In this document: positions 62,377 through 64,000 of the stretch, in pieces | Layout: each line of letters starts with the position of its first letter | Position numbering within the stretch: the stretch's first letter is position 1 | Source of the DNA: Octopus sinensis | Lineage: Eukaryota | Length of the DNA stretch: 64,000 nucleotides | Assembly: GCF_006345805.1 (NCBI RefSeq) | Contig: NC_043000.1 | Coordinates: 146,878,001-146,942,000 of the forward strand | Reading direction: 5' to 3' | The notes under the pieces: model-generated | The model's database searches: none | What the model was told of the DNA's origin: nothing | Seen by the model: the letters and a program-made list of their open reading frames with translations, nothing else | Position numbers and translations under genes: made by a program

Positions 62377-62871
62377 TGTGTGTGTAAAGAGAGATAGATA
62401 AATATAGATAGATAGATAGATATGTTTCTTTATTAGCCACACAGGGCTGCACACAGATAGAACAAATTACAAGGTAGAGCTTTTCTTTTGAAGGTTTAAA
62501 AAAATAAATAAATAAAATAAAAAAGGGGGGGGCGATCAAAAGGGATCGTAAAAGAGGACAAAAAAGGGGGGGGGTTAAAAAAAAGGGGGAGAGGAAAAAA
62601 AAATTGATCAATAGGGATCGTTATCACAGAAATGTCAATATGAAGTGTAAAGGGGAGAGGACAGGTGAGGTTTACCCGTGGAAAGAAAAACCTACGGAAA
62701 AGACCACGGTAACCTCGGTCAATGAAGTCACATGTTATATTTCTTTTTTTTTTTTGCAAATAAGCAACTCTCTGTATTAATTTTTACGGTTCATAGAATC
62801 ATAGTCAAGGTGGCTTCGTCATTCATACGTGCCATCCTTGCTACATTCACCCATCTTTTTTTAAAACATTC

Positions 62872-62971
<100 letters not shown>

Positions 62972-63022
62972 GTACATACATATATGCATACTTATATACA
63001 TGCATACATATTAAATGCCTAC

Positions 63023-63066
<44 letters not shown>

Positions 63067-63300
63067 CTGTGGAAGTGCGTGGCTTGATGGTTACGGTGTT
63101 GCAATTGTGGTTTCAATTCTTGGAATCGTCTTGTCCGTGACTAAAACACTTTATTTCTTGTTGTTCAACTTCTCTTAACTGACAAAATGAGTAATCCATC
63201 GATAGACCAGTACCCCATTGAGGTGTGTGGTTAATATATACACCAAAGCATCCAGGGAGACAGTCCTTATGAGCTTATGGCTTGGGAAGGACCTTGGGAA

Positions 63301-63508
63301 GCAGCTGTGTGGTAAGTAGCTTGCTTACCAACCACATGGTTCCGGGTTCAGTCCCACTGTGTGGCACCTTGAGCAAGTGTCTTATACTATAGCTTCGGGC
63401 CGACCAAAGCTTTGTGAGTGGATTTGGTAGACGGAAACTGAAAGAAGACCGCCGTATATATATATTATATATATATATATACTATATATATATATATAGA
63501 TATATATA

Positions 63509-63560
<52 letters not shown>

Positions 63561-63808
63561 TATAATATGTATGTATGTGTGTATGTTTATGTTTGTGTGT
63601 TTGTGTTTGCCTCCCCCAATATCCATCGCTTGACAACCGATGCTGGTGTGCTTACGTCCCCGTAACCTAGCGGCTCAGCAAGAGAATGCTATAGAATAAG
63701 TACTAGGCTTACAAAGAATAAGTCCTGGGGTTGATTTGCTCGACTAAAGGCGGTGCTCCAGCATGGCCACAGTCAAATGACAGGAACAAATAAAAACAGA
63801 AAAGAAAA
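63301..63808 (+). mobile_element. SINE family A
   Basis: Head, internal (TA)n(TG)n and tail. Confidence 0.9.
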
Positions 63809-63914
63809 CAATCTATTGTGCTATGTTCTCTCCCTCTCTCTTTATCTCTCTCTTTCTATCTCTCTCTCTCTCTCTCATTTATATATATATATATTATACA
63901 TATATATATTATAT

Positions 63915-63948
<34 letters not shown>

Positions 63949-63964
63949 ATATATATATATATAT

Positions 63965-63997
<33 letters not shown>

Positions 63998-64000
63998 GTA

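Overview
AT-rich, microsatellite-saturated eukaryotic DNA. The SINE families and repeat content point to an octopus (coleoid cephalopod) intergenic or intronic region; this is inference and no database was searched. No intact host protein-coding gene is supported, and almost all ORFs in the track are microsatellite artefacts. The window is a mosaic of transposon relics: several tRNA-derived SINE families; Penelope-like elements (PLEs, GIY-YIG); RTE and R4/Dong-type LINE fragments; a 3.7-kb hAT-like DNA transposon with TIRs and an intron-containing decayed transposase; a mariner relic; and two non-autonomous Helitron-type elements. The most notable signal is a set of type I hammerhead ribozyme (HHR) motifs with non-canonical catalytic cores (U4C, A6U, U3-A8). 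One is a complete HHR inside a 316-nt, highly structured unit with a ~58-nt terminal redundancy (52613-52990), which resembles an integrated copy of a circular-RNA retrozyme. All folds and alignments were done by eye, and ribozyme activity is untested.
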